Shown piece after piece: positions 9,621 through 19,339 of a DNA stretch of 32,000 bases; the first letter of the stretch is position 1; every line of letters begins with the position of its first letter. The notes under the pieces were generated by a model. It saw only the letters and a list, made by a program, of their open reading frames with translations, did not search any database and was not told the origin of the DNA. Origin of the DNA: Halomicronema hongdechloris C2206. GTDB taxonomy: Bacteria; Cyanobacteriota; Cyanobacteriia; Phormidesmidales; Phormidesmidaceae. The DNA lies in contig NZ_CP021983.2 of NCBI RefSeq assembly GCF_002075285.3, positions 2,760,001-2,792,000 on the forward strand, read 5' to 3'. The position numbers were made by a program, and so were the translations under genes.

Positions 9621-11276
9621 CTATATGCCGTGGCTTTTGCCGATCACCCAGTGGCGGCGGAAGAAACGGGCCAGGCTGGATTCCTGCAGGGTGAGGCAAA
9701 TGGGACGGCCATGGGGACAGGTCTGGGGGTGGCGGGTCTGCTGCCACTGATCGAGCAGCGATCGCATCGTGGCCAAGTCTAGGGGAGTGCCGTTGCGAAT
9801 GGCGGTACGGCAGGCAGTAGCGACGATGGCGGCATCTAAATCTCCCCCCAGGCTGAGTTCCTGCAGGGCCTCGGCGCAGTCATCCCGTTGGGCCAGGCTG
9901 GCTGGGGCCGATCTTAGCGCCCAGAGGGAAGGGCCAAAGGGCTCTACTGTTAGCTGCAGCCGTCGTAACTGCTCCACTTGAGCTGCCGAGAGATGCTCCA
10001 GAAGAATCGGAGGTTCTAAGGGCACCACCCGCCAGTGGTCGCAGAGCTGTTCGTAGAGCACCCGTTCGTGGGCAATGTGTTGCTCGATCAGGCACATGCC
10101 GGCGGCATGCTCTGCCAAGATATAGCGATTATGCACCTGGGCCACTGCCCGCAGGGTCCCCTGCTGGTGGGGAGTTGAGGTTGCTCTATAGGTGCCGGTG
10201 GCCTCGGCAGTTTTAATCACCTGATGCAATCGGGGCTGATGACTGCTGTCGTTGAGGGCTCCGGGATCGGATTGCAGGGTTTGGTCGATGAGCTGGGGTA
10301 GGGCCCGACACCACTCCTGGAGCTGCTGCAGGTAGAGAATGGCCTTGGCAGGATGGCGGTTCCAGTCCAGCTGGCTGGGATCGACGCGCAGATGGGCAAA
10401 GCAAATGGGATAGCGATGGCCTGGCAGGGTGCGGCGAAAGGCCTGCACCATGGCTTGCTCTAGCTCGGGTAGGATGATCGGGCGACCATTGACGGCTACC
10501 CTGACCCAGTCGTTGCGGCGACGGTGGCAGCGATCGGGTAACCCTAACAACAGATAGACCCGGGGCGGCTCTTCATTGCTGGGGAGGGACACGATCTGCT
10601 CTGTCTCGCGCAGATCCTGGGGATGAACCTGGCGCAGCATTTGGGGAAGCACTTGTCGGGCCGACGCCGCAGGCCAGAGGGTAAACCAGGGCCGATCGTC
10701 TAGGCGAGCTTGCCAGGTGACCTGGGGATGGCAGAGAGCCAACTGTTGGAGGGTCTGATGCACCGCCCGTAGCTGCTGGGCTAGGGGCGGCAGGGCCTGG
10801 CGGCGGCCAGGCCAGGCGGCGAAGAGATTGGCGACAGTGACGATGGTGCCCGGTGCGATCGCAACCGTTGTTTCTTCTTGGGGCTGTCCCTGGCGGTCGT
10901 AGCGAATCTGCCAGCCCTCCGATGCCTGGGCCGGCCGGCTACAGATGTCTAACTCCGCCCCCTGGCAGAGGCTATGTAAGGCTTCGCCCCGAAATCCCAA
11001 ACTGACGATATTCCAGAGATCCGCCGCCGTCTCAATCTTGCTGGTGTGATGGGCCAGGGCCGCCTGGCGCAAATCGGGTAGATCCATCCCCCGTCCATTG
11101 TCGGCTAACCGCAGCTGCCAACGCCGGGGCCAGAGATCGAGGCTAATGCGATTAGCCCCGGCATCCAGAGCATTTTCGGCCAGCTCCCGCACCACGGCTG
11201 CCCAGGAATCGATTACCTCCCCCGCCGCAATGGCATCGATCACCGTGTTTGGCAGGGCTTGAATCTGAGTTGCCAT
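9621..11276 (-). CDS. mutL: DNA mismatch repair endonuclease MutL
   Basis: N-terminal GHKL ATPase signature (IQALPNTVIDAIAAGEVIDSWAAVVRELAENALDAGA). The C-terminal CPHGRP motif belongs to the MutL dimerisation/endonuclease domain. Confidence 0.9.
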   Translation of the reverse strand: MATQIQALPNTVIDAIAAGEVIDSWAAVVRELAENALDAGANRISLDLWPRRWQLRLADNGRGMDLPDLRQAALAHHTSKIETAADLWNIVSLGFRGEALHSLCQGAELDICSRPAQASEGWQIRYDRQGQPQEETTVAIAPGTIVTVANLFAAWPGRRQALPPLAQQLRAVHQTLQQLALCHPQVTWQARLDDRPWFTLWPAASARQVLPQMLRQVHPQDLRETEQIVSLPSNEEPPRVYLLLGLPDRCHRRRNDWVRVAVNGRPIILPELEQAMVQAFRRTLPGHRYPICFAHLRVDPSQLDWNRHPAKAILYLQQLQEWCRALPQLIDQTLQSDPGALNDSSHQPRLHQVIKTAEATGTYRATSTPHQQGTLRAVAQVHNRYILAEHAAGMCLIEQHIAHERVLYEQLCDHWRVVPLEPPILLEHLSAAQVEQLRRLQLTVEPFGPSLWALRSAPASLAQRDDCAEALQELSLGGDLDAAIVATACRTAIRNGTPLDLATMRSLLDQWQQTRHPQTCPHGRPICLTLQESSLARFFRRHWVIGKSHGI

Positions 11277-11462
11277 GACCTGCTTCTATGCACCGTATTC
11301 CCAGAGTAACAGCGGCCTAGCCCCCTGCCCACAGCAGGGCAAGCCAAGGACCAGCATTGATCCAGCTAAATGAAAATAAGTATAATCGCTTAGCCTTATG
11401 TCTAGCTTACGTAACAAAAGTTTGAATGTCTTAAAGACTTTTGTTACGGTGCCAGTAGACAT

Positions 11463-11876
11463 ATGCCTCGCCCTTTGCGGCAATTTTCACCCATGAACCT
11501 TTTCTTCGGCCTATTGCCTCAGCCTGCACCATTGCGTCCCGAGTCGCGGGTCTACGACCTCAAGACTCGGCTAGATTGGGGAGAACCCGCCCTGACCATC
11601 ATCGACGTGCGCAATCGGGCCAGGTTTAACGCTCAGCACATTCGTGGCGCCATTTCCATCCCCATGGCAGAGTTGGTGACCCAGGCCCGTCAGAGCCTGG
11701 AGTCGGATCGGGATATCTATGTCTACGGCGAGGTAGATGAAGAGGCCAGCCATGCCGCCGAGCAGCTGCGTCGGGCTGGTTTCAAGCAAGTTTCGGTACT
11801 GCGAGGCGGGGCCGCTGCTTGGAAAGCCGCCGGATTTCCCCTGGAAACCTTGCATCAGAACCCTGCGACCTTATGA
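11463..11876 (+). CDS. rhodanese-homology domain protein lacking a catalytic cysteine
   Basis: IIDVRNRARFNAQHIRGAISIP ... VLRGGAAAWKAAGFPLE is a rhodanese fold pattern. The whole protein contains no Cys. The alternative start at 11493 (MNLFF) is equally possible. Confidence 0.7.
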   Translation: MPRPLRQFSPMNLFFGLLPQPAPLRPESRVYDLKTRLDWGEPALTIIDVRNRARFNAQHIRGAISIPMAELVTQARQSLESDRDIYVYGEVDEEASHAAEQLRRAGFKQVSVLRGGAAAWKAAGFPLETLHQNPATL

Positions 11877-11884
11877 CCACTGGT

Positions 11885-13201
11885 CTAGCCGGCCTCGGGT
11901 TGCATGACGACCAAGCCATAGGCATCCGGATCGAGGTACTGCTGGGCCGCAGCTTGGATCTCAGCGGGTGACAAGGCCTGAATTCGGGCTGGATAGTCGA
12001 GGGCATGGTCAATGGTGCCGGTCAGGGTGTGATAGTAGCCATAGAGACCGGCCCGATCGCTGGGGGTTTCACTGCCAAAGACGTAGCCGTTGGAGACTTG
12101 GGTGCACACCCGGGCCAATTCATCGATGGTGATGGGCTGGTTCTGCAGGTGCCGGATATGGTCGACGATGATGGCCTCTACCCGCTCTAGGTGTTCAACG
12201 GGTAATTGGGCAAATAGGGTAAAGGCTCCCTGCTGACCGTAGGTCAGATTACTGGCCGACACGCTACTGACCCAGCCACGCTCTTCCCGTAGATCTCGCA
12301 CCAATCGGGCCAGACGGCCCCGACCCAATACTGAAGCCAGCACGTCTAAGGCATGGGTTTCCATCAAATCTGCCATGCCAGGTACACGCCAGCTCATGAC
12401 TAGCTGGGCCTGCTGCAAGGTGCGATCGCAATGGTGGCGCCGTTGGATCGTCGTGAAGGGATGTTCTCGGGTCAAGTTAAGGCGCGACTCTGTATCGGCG
12501 TGGGGGCTCCAGGATTGACGACAACTCTGAGCCGCCTCAAACCCCTGCACTACCGTATCGATCAGCTGCTCCACCGGCAAGTGTCCCACCACCACTGCCG
12601 TCATCTGTTCAGACTGATACCAGCGCCGATGAAATTCCCGCATCTGCTGAGCCGTCAGGGTTTCTACCACCTGAACTGGCCCCAGGACAGGGCGGCGATA
12701 GGGCAGCCGGTCAAAGGCCAATTCCATGGCGTGATAGAAGGTACGCCGATGGGGATTGTCATAGGCCCGACGGATTTCTTCTAGGATTACAGGCCGCTCC
12801 CGTTCAAAGTCATCGTCTGTCAGCCGGGGATTCAACACCAGTTGCAGTTGCAACGGCGCTAGGGCGGCGAAGTCCTGGGGCGCTGTGGTCAGATAGAAGT
12901 GGGTGTAATCTTGGCTGGTGGCGGCATTGGTCAGGGCGCCTCGAGCCTCGATCAGTCGCTCAAACTCACCACAGGCCAACTCAGGCGTGCCCTTGAAGAT
13001 CATGTGCTCCAGAAAGTGGGCCATGCCGTTGATCGAATCCGGCTCTACCACCGAGCCCACCCGCAGCCAAAGGTTTAGATTCACCGCCTCAAACGCCATC
13101 TGCTGAGCGATGATGGTCAACCCATTGGCAAGGCGATGGACCGTAGGGACTGCTAAAGCAGATTGTGTCCGATCAAGGACCAAGGAAGAAGCCATAGGCA
13201 A
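11885..13201 (-). CDS. M16 family (pitrilysin/insulinase-like) zinc peptidase
   Basis: HFLEHMIFKGT is the inverted HxxEH zinc-binding motif. The 438 aa length suits the family. Confidence 0.85.
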   Translation of the reverse strand: MPMASSLVLDRTQSALAVPTVHRLANGLTIIAQQMAFEAVNLNLWLRVGSVVEPDSINGMAHFLEHMIFKGTPELACGEFERLIEARGALTNAATSQDYTHFYLTTAPQDFAALAPLQLQLVLNPRLTDDDFERERPVILEEIRRAYDNPHRRTFYHAMELAFDRLPYRRPVLGPVQVVETLTAQQMREFHRRWYQSEQMTAVVVGHLPVEQLIDTVVQGFEAAQSCRQSWSPHADTESRLNLTREHPFTTIQRRHHCDRTLQQAQLVMSWRVPGMADLMETHALDVLASVLGRGRLARLVRDLREERGWVSSVSASNLTYGQQGAFTLFAQLPVEHLERVEAIIVDHIRHLQNQPITIDELARVCTQVSNGYVFGSETPSDRAGLYGYYHTLTGTIDHALDYPARIQALSPAEIQAAAQQYLDPDAYGLVVMQPEAG

Positions 13202-13359
13202 AGACGCGCACCTCTCTTATGGTAATGACTGATGTCCTGATATCCCACCCTAAAGTACAGTCTGAATAGGGTTTTTCGGCAGGTTCTCCATGGTGGCCAA
13301 CAGTGACCTTTGAACGGGAATGGATTGAGTTTGATTGACATTGTCGGCCAGGGATGTCG

Positions 13360-14643
13360 TTAGCCTAGGGTACTCCGCTCGACTAGACGAGGCACTCGGC
13401 CGAAGCGACCGACCATCAACCGCAGGGCGGCGCGGCGTAGCATGGTCACATGCCGTAGGCCCAGGAGTCCCAACCGCCGTAGGGACACCAGGGGCCAGCA
13501 GTGGTTGGAAAAAGCTGCGGTTGAGCAGGTCGGTAAAGCCGAGGATCAGCCAGTTTTCCCGGCGGCGCCAGCGGTCGTAGCGACGCAGCACCGGCAGACT
13601 GCCCCAGTCTTCGCCGGCGGCTTGGGCCGCCAGCAGGACTTCTGCCAGGGCGGCGGCATCCCGAATGCCCATATTGAGGCCCTGACCGCCGACGGGATGA
13701 CAACAGTGGGCGGCATCCCCCACCAGGGCCAGGCGCGGCAGCCCATAGCGATGGCTTTGCCTCAGCCGCACCGGGAATAGCAGAGGCTGGCTGACCAGGG
13801 TCAAGGCGCCCATCTGGTCACCGTAACGGCGCTGTAGTGCCGCCATGAATTGCTCCCGAGGCAGGGCGATCAGGGCTTGGGCTTCCTGGTGGGGAGCGGT
13901 CCAGACGATCTGGCAGCGATTGCCGGGCAGGGGCAGGATGGCGAAGGGGCCACTGGGCCAGAAGCGCTCGTAGGCGGTGTTGTCGTGGGATTGGGCCGGT
14001 TTAAGGATGGCGGTGATGCAGGATTGCCAGTAGGTCCAGCCGATGCTGCCGATGCCGGCCTGCTGCCGCAGTTGCGATCGCATGCCATCGGCCGCCACCA
14101 CCAAGGGAGTGCTCAGGCACCAGAGCTGGTCATCGGCCTGGATCTGTAACTGGGCCTGGTCGGGGCCATACTCCACCGATTGCACCTGGGCCGGGCTCCA
14201 ACAGTGGATGGTCTCACTAGCCTCTACGGCCGCCTGTAGGGCCGCCATTAAGACCCCATGCTCGGCCCCATAATAGACCGCTTCTTCCCCGGCGTCTTGG
14301 GGCGTAAACACCACTCGCCGGGGATAGTCGCCATCTGAGAGGGACACCCGGCGAAAATGGGTAATCTGGGGTGCCACTTGGGGCCACAACCCCAACCCCT
14401 TGAAAATGGCAGCTGAGGTCAGCGAAAAGGCATAGGCCCGTTGCCGAGCCGCCGCCTGGGCAAAGGTCTGAGCTTCGATCACCGCCAACCGCAGCCCCGA
14501 TTGCCCCAGGGCTGCAGCCAGGGTGAGGCCGACGATGCCGCCCCGACAATGACCAAATCATAAGTCAGAGACTGGGAAGCGTCGTCTGACTGGCGGACGG
14601 CAGTGGGAACAGCCGAGGCGTGATTGACAGTGTCAAAAGGCAT
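13360..14643 (-). pseudogene. UbiH/UbiF/COQ6-family FAD-dependent hydroxylase, split by one deletion and one insertion (possibly an assembly artefact)
   Basis: The true start is ATG at 14643: MPFDTVNHASAVPTAVRQSDDASQSLTYDLVIVGG. The GxGxxG dinucleotide fold is broken at the C4 run 14541-14544. The middle is ORF 13250..14488. At the A5 run 13509-13513 the real C-terminus FSNHCWPLVSLRRLGLLGLRHVTMLRRAALRLMVGRFGR continues in another frame to TAA at 13362-13360. 1284 nt = 428 codons after +1/-1 correction. Confidence 0.8.
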
Positions 14644-14713
14644 CGATGGCATCTGAATAAAGGCAGAAGGCAGCTTGTCCTGAGCGAAGCCGAAGGGAAG
14701 GCAGAGGGCAGAA

Positions 14714-15030
14714 GGAGTGGGGAGTGGGGGAGTGGGGGAGTGGGGAGTCAGTAGCGTGGGTCATTTTACTAGGCGGGGGAAATAATGACTGGCCAGGGAA
14801 GGACCCACGGGGAAGGAAGGGCGGAGGACGGAAGACGGAAGACGGAGGACGGAAGGCGGAGGACGGAGGACGGAGGACGGAAGGCGGAGGACGGAAGAGG
14901 GAGTGGGGGATGGGGAAAAGAAAGTCAGTAGCGTGGGTCATTTTACTAGGCGGGGGAAATGATGATTGGCCAGGGAAGGACCCACGGGGAAGGAAGGGCG
15001 AAGGACGGAGGACGGAAGACGGAGGACCGA
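14714..15030. repeat. STRR-like heptanucleotide tandem tracts embedded in a 177-nt direct repeat
   Basis: GGGGAGT-type units at 14714-14748. Unit 1 spans 14747-14923 and unit 2 (truncated) begins at 14924, both starting gtcagtagcgtgggtcattttactaggcggggg. GGAGGAC/GGAAGAC/GGAAGGC heptamers run over 14822-14897 (about 11 units) and 14998-15030 (about 4 units). Confidence 0.9.
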
Positions 15031-15038
15031 GAGGGGGA

Positions 15039-15809
15039 TTAGGCGACGCTGAGGGCCATCAGGTCGTCGGCCATGTCGAAGTTGGCGGTCACCGATTGCA
15101 CATCATCGAGATCGTCGAGGGCATCCATCAATTTCAGCAGGGCTCGGGCCTGGTCGGCATCGCTCACCGGCACGGTGTTGTTGGCAAGCCAGCGCAGTTC
15201 TGTGGCTCTGAGGTCGTATCCCTGTTGCTGCAGCGCGGTGCTGAGCGGCTCTAGGTCCGGGGGAGCACAGTAGACCTCAGCCCCAGCGGTCTCCTCATCT
15301 ACCTGGGTCAAGTCGTAACTCTCGGCCCCCCCGTCCAGGGCCGCTTCCAACAGGGCCTCTTCGTCGATGGGGCCCGCCACTGTCACCACGCCTTTCTGCT
15401 CAAACATCCAGCCGACACAGCCGGTCTCCCCCAGGTTGCCATTGACCTTGTTGAAGGCGGCCCGCAGGTCGGCGGCGGTGCGGTTGCGGTTATCGGTCAG
15501 GGCTTCGATCAGCACGGCCACGCCGCCGGGGCCATAGCCCTCGTAGCGAATCGCCTCTAAGGCGTCGCCATCGCCGCCCAGCTGCCCCGAGCCCTTGGCG
15601 ATGGCCCGGTCAATGTTGTCGTTGGGGACGCCGGCGGCTTTGGCCTTCTCAATGGCGGTGCGTAGCTGAAAGTTAGCCGCCGGATCGGCACTGCCATGGC
15701 GGGCGGCCACGATGATTTCTCGAGACAGCTTGGCAAAGACCTTACCCTTGACTGCGTCTACCCGCGCCTTCTGACGCTTGATATTGGCCCATTTACTATG
15801 CCCGGCCAT
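15039..15809 (-). CDS. YebC/PmpR family DNA-binding transcriptional regulator
   Basis: [32 protein letters not shown] is the invariant YebC N-terminus. The ATG at 15809 is the real start, and the upstream 34 codons of ORF 15039..15911 are read-through. Confidence 0.9.
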   Translation of the reverse strand: MAGHSKWANIKRQKARVDAVKGKVFAKLSREIIVAARHGSADPAANFQLRTAIEKAKAAGVPNDNIDRAIAKGSGQLGGDGDALEAIRYEGYGPGGVAVLIEALTDNRNRTAADLRAAFNKVNGNLGETGCVGWMFEQKGVVTVAGPIDEEALLEAALDGGAESYDLTQVDEETAGAEVYCAPPDLEPLSTALQQQGYDLRATELRWLANNTVPVSDADQARALLKLMDALDDLDDVQSVTANFDMADDLMALSVA

Positions 15810-15831
15810 AGTGCTCAACAGAAACATAACG

Positions 15832-17362
15832 TCACAGTTCGATTTTACCGGAGCCCTCCTGGTCGTCGTCATCGAGAGCTGGCACCACCGTTGCGATCGC
15901 ATCTTGGACAAACTGCTGCAGGAAGGCCTGGCGCTGATTCAGCTGGAACTGCCGCTGCACTACCTCGGCCATGCCGCCATCGCCCCAATCCTGCTGCTGG
16001 CGAAAATATTCGATGAAACTCTTGCCGGCGATGCGGGTCAGGTAGGCGCCGCTCACCCCCTGCAGGGGCCCGGCCGGCTAGCACCGTGGCCAAGTTGCTC
16101 TGCAAGCCTAAAGCCAACAGCTCCATGGTGCCCTTGACGATGCCCAGGCCAGTTAGGGTCTTGGCCAGGGATAGGGCCAGGGCCTTGCCCTCCTCCAGGC
16201 TCAGGTGGCAGCCATAGACCCGGCCCAGCTCTACCACCATCTGGGCATTCACCGCCGCCGTGGCCAGTAGATCTAACCCTGGCAGCGGCGTCACCGCAAT
16301 CACCCCGGCGCCGATCCACTGGTAGCGGTCCACGATGGCGTCGGCCTGCTGCTGCCGTTGGGCCTCGATCAGCCGCTGGGCTTCCTGCTGCAATTGCTGG
16401 GACTGCAACAGCAGGTTGTCGGCCACCAGGGTATCCCCCTCCTGCCGCAGCACCTGGGCCAGGCGAGTGAGCAGGGCATCGATATCGGGGGCCGGGTGCA
16501 CCCATTCCCCTGAAGTGAGCCGCACCGGGGCCGGGTTGGCGGCGATGGTGATCACATCCTGGGGGGCCAGCACGTCGTCTAGTTGCGATCGCACCCGGGC
16601 CTCGATCTGCTCTAGGTCCTCCACCGGATAGAGATCGGCCTTATTGATCACCAACAACACCCGCTTGCCCATGGCCCGCAGGGAACGCAGCAGCTGGGCC
16701 TCACTCTGCTGCAGGTCATTGGCCACCACAAACAGCAATAAATCCGCCGTCGCCGCCAGTTCTCGGGCCGCCAGTTCTCGCCCCTCCCCCAGGGCCCCGG
16801 CTTCTAACAAGCCGGGGGTATCGATCAGCTGAATCCCCCGCGGTAGCCCAGCCAGTCGCAGCCGATAGCTAACCGCCGCCGCCGTGGTGCCCATGGCGGC
16901 CCCCACCGCCCCGGCCAGGTCCCGGGCAAAGGCGTTGACCAGGGAGGTCTTGCCCACCGACCCCACCCCAAACACCGCAATCTGCACATCCCGCCGTTCC
17001 AGGGCCGCTACCAGGGTTTGCGATCGCTGCTGCAGGGCTTGCCGGGCCACCTCGCTCTGGAGTTGCTCCATCTGCTGTTGTACCGCTGTCAGCGTTGCCT
17101 GGGCCGCCGCCTTACTATCCCGAGGCGGTCGTGGCTGGGGCCGCCGCCGCCGTGGCCGCAAAAATAGCCAGCCGTAATAGCCCCCCACTGCCAGCACCGC
17201 TACTAGCAGTATTATCAGTAGCAGCAGCACCAGGTTGGCCAACAGGGGCGACCACCAGGCCACCGCACTGTAGAGCCGCAGCAGCGATTCCACCAGCCAG
17301 AACAGCAGCCCTAGCAGCAGCACGCCCACGACGATTAGCGGTAAGACTCGTAACCAGCCCAT
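15832..17362 (-). pseudogene. membrane-anchored GTP-binding protein with DUF697-type C-terminal domain, one 1-nt insertion (possibly an assembly artefact)
   Basis: N-terminal TM helices, G1 GVGSVGKTS, G3 DTPG, G4 NKAD. After ...LATVLAGRA the frame degenerates into Pro/Arg/Gly junk. The genuine C-terminus (LQGVSGAYLTRIAGKSFIEYFRQQQDWGDGGMAEVV...) is ORF 15832..16056 in another frame. The junction lies in the G/C runs at 16056-16071. 1531 - 1 = 1530 nt = 510 codons. Confidence 0.75.
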
Positions 17363-17557
17363 GAGAGTATTCCATCTAAAAAAAGTATCCCAATCTAGGC
17401 TATTGAACTCAGCCTATCTAGGCTATTCAGCCAGTCCTTGGACGAGTTCTAGCTGGAACACTCTTAAGCCCATCCATCGCGACACCCGGTCCCTAAATCC
17501 CCTAGGCTAGAGACGGGATGTTTTCCTCTGCTGTCTAACAGGCATAGACCAAGTTAA

Positions 17558-18370
17558 ATGAAAAACCAACCCAACTGGCAATTACCGACGCTATTGAGCA
17601 TCGTTGCACTGTTGGCGATTGTTGTCCTCAACGCCTTTGTGATCATCAATCCCGGCGAGGCTGGTGTTCTTAGTATCCTCGGAAAAGCTCGAGATGGCGC
17701 CCTCCTGGAAGGGATTCACTTCAAACCACCCCTGATCTCTAAGGTGGATGTCTATGATGTCACCGTGCAAAAGTTTGAAGTGCCAGCCCAAAGTTCCACC
17801 AAGGACCTGCAGGAACTCTCCGCCAGCTTTGCCATCAACTTCCGGTTAGATCCGGTGCAAGTAGTCACCATTCGTCGTACCCAGGGCACCCTGCAAAACA
17901 TTGTGGCCAAAATCATCGCTCCCCAGACCCAAGAGTCATTTAAGGTGGCGGCGGCCCGTCGCACCGTGGAGGAGGCGATTACCCAGCGGGACCAACTCAA
18001 GCAGGACTTCGATGAGGCCCTGGTGACCCGGCTAGATAAATACGGCATCATCGTCCTCGACACCAGCGTGGTCGATTTGAACTTCTCCAAGGAGTTTGCC
18101 AGGGCTGTGGAGGACAAGCAGATTGCTGAGCAGCGAGCCCGCCGCGCGGTCTACATCGCCCGAGAAGCGAAACAAGAGGCGGAAGCCACCATCAACCGGG
18201 CCCGCGGTCAAGCCGAAGCCCAGCGGCTATTGCGGGAGACCCTGACTCCGGAATTGCTGCAAAAGCAGGCCATCGAGAAATGGGACGGCAAGTTTCCCCA
18301 GGTGCTGGGGGGCGAGGGAGCCGTACCCTTCATCAACCTCGATCAGTCCCAGCTTAAGGCGGCCCAGTAA
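17558..18370 (+). CDS. prohibitin / SPFH (band 7) family membrane protein
   Basis: N-terminal TM anchor, then an SPFH core (VINPGEAGVLSILGK...VDVYDVTVQKFEV...) and a coiled-coil tail (AEQRARRAVYIAREAKQEAEATINRARGQAEAQR). Confidence 0.85.
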   Translation: MKNQPNWQLPTLLSIVALLAIVVLNAFVIINPGEAGVLSILGKARDGALLEGIHFKPPLISKVDVYDVTVQKFEVPAQSSTKDLQELSASFAINFRLDPVQVVTIRRTQGTLQNIVAKIIAPQTQESFKVAAARRTVEEAITQRDQLKQDFDEALVTRLDKYGIIVLDTSVVDLNFSKEFARAVEDKQIAEQRARRAVYIAREAKQEAEATINRARGQAEAQRLLRETLTPELLQKQAIEKWDGKFPQVLGGEGAVPFINLDQSQLKAAQ

Positions 18371-19084
18371 TGGGGACCGGGCCAGTCAGCTGAGCCTTTC
18401 ACCCCCATGAGACTCGCTGACTGGCTAGTTACTCCTGCAACGGTGATACCACCGGTGATTGCCGACACGGGCTTTGTATCCGAGTGGCGGGGGAGATACC
18501 AATTTTTACAATTCTTGTCAGTGTGACAGTAATGCGTTAACAATCGCTAGCTTCGACTCCGCTCAGCCAGCATTCCCTGAGACAAACACGAGCTACGTTG
18601 TCCAGGCATAGAGCATGGTCCCCTTTTGCAGTCGTCGGTCCGTCAACGGCAGGCGACGGAACTGCCGCTAGCTGGAAAATCCCACCCCCTAGCCAGAGCG
18701 AAAATGGGCTTCATGGCTGCTGATCATGGCAGTTTCTCATCATTCACGAAGTGGCTAGTTAAGCAATGAGTGAGCGAGAATAAAGCCGTTGAAAGGCGGC
18801 AAAATGGGGACGACAGGGTTCATGTTAAAGAAACTTATCCTCAAAAAAGGAGCGACCCTGGTTTTCCCCCTCGCCAGCATGATAGAGACGGGAAATCATA
18901 TTGCTAAAACCAGGACGAGGCAACGGCGAGAACTGGCAGTCTCATTAGCCGAAAAGATGAAAATGGCAGCGGATGAAACCACGCCATGGGCGGCGTTTGC
19001 TGACTTGCTCCCGGTAGATTTCCTGCTCCACTATACCGGCCGTCAACATTTGGTTGGCAGCCCCATGCCAGATAGGCTAAGGCA

Positions 19085-19117
19085 TAAAGAAAATCCCCCA
19101 GCCATCATGGCTGAGGG
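19085..19117 (-). terminator. candidate intrinsic terminator of the DUF4278 gene
   Basis: The minus-strand RNA reads cccucagcc-augau-ggcuggggg followed by auuuucuuuau, about 45 nt after the stop at 19163. Confidence 0.55.
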
Positions 19118-19162
19118 TTAGGGGTGTGTGCGTCGATGAGTTGCAGGAAAGGACGGGTAACT

Positions 19163-19339
19163 CTAGCCGCTATAGCGCACGCCGCGATAGGTCAACTGGT
19201 GGGTAGACTGGCGCTGGGCTACCGGTGTCTGCTTCATTTTGTAGGAGCGGCCGAGAAAGGTACCGGTCTGGGTGGTCTCGGTAGCCTCAATGCCAGCGAT
19301 GGCAGCTTGGTAAGCGGTGCCGCGATAAATCAATTCCAT
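19163..19339 (-). CDS. DUF4278-like small protein (58 aa), missed by the ORF track
   Basis: The minus-strand ATG at 19339 gives MELIYRGTAYQAAIAGIEATETTQTGTFLGRSYKMKQTPVAQRQSTHQLTYRGVRYSG. The repeated YRG..Y motif is characteristic of cyanobacterial DUF4278. A ggag lies about 10 nt upstream and a terminator lies downstream. Confidence 0.6.
   Translation of the reverse strand: MELIYRGTAYQAAIAGIEATETTQTGTFLGRSYKMKQTPVAQRQSTHQLTYRGVRYSG

Noticed and set aside
14633-15254. ORFs 14633..14941 (-) and 14724..15254 (+), encoding PPSSVFRPP... and GGRKTEDGGRK... low-complexity proteins
   Set aside because: They are translations of the heptamer/177-nt repeats. The plus-strand ORF also runs antisense into yebC. 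There is no start context or domain.
18789-19121. 110-aa plus-strand ORF
   Set aside because: It has a TTG start and no recognisable domain, and it contains the terminator hairpin of the convergent DUF4278 gene. It is kept only as a doubtful remnant inside the 18371-19162 finding.
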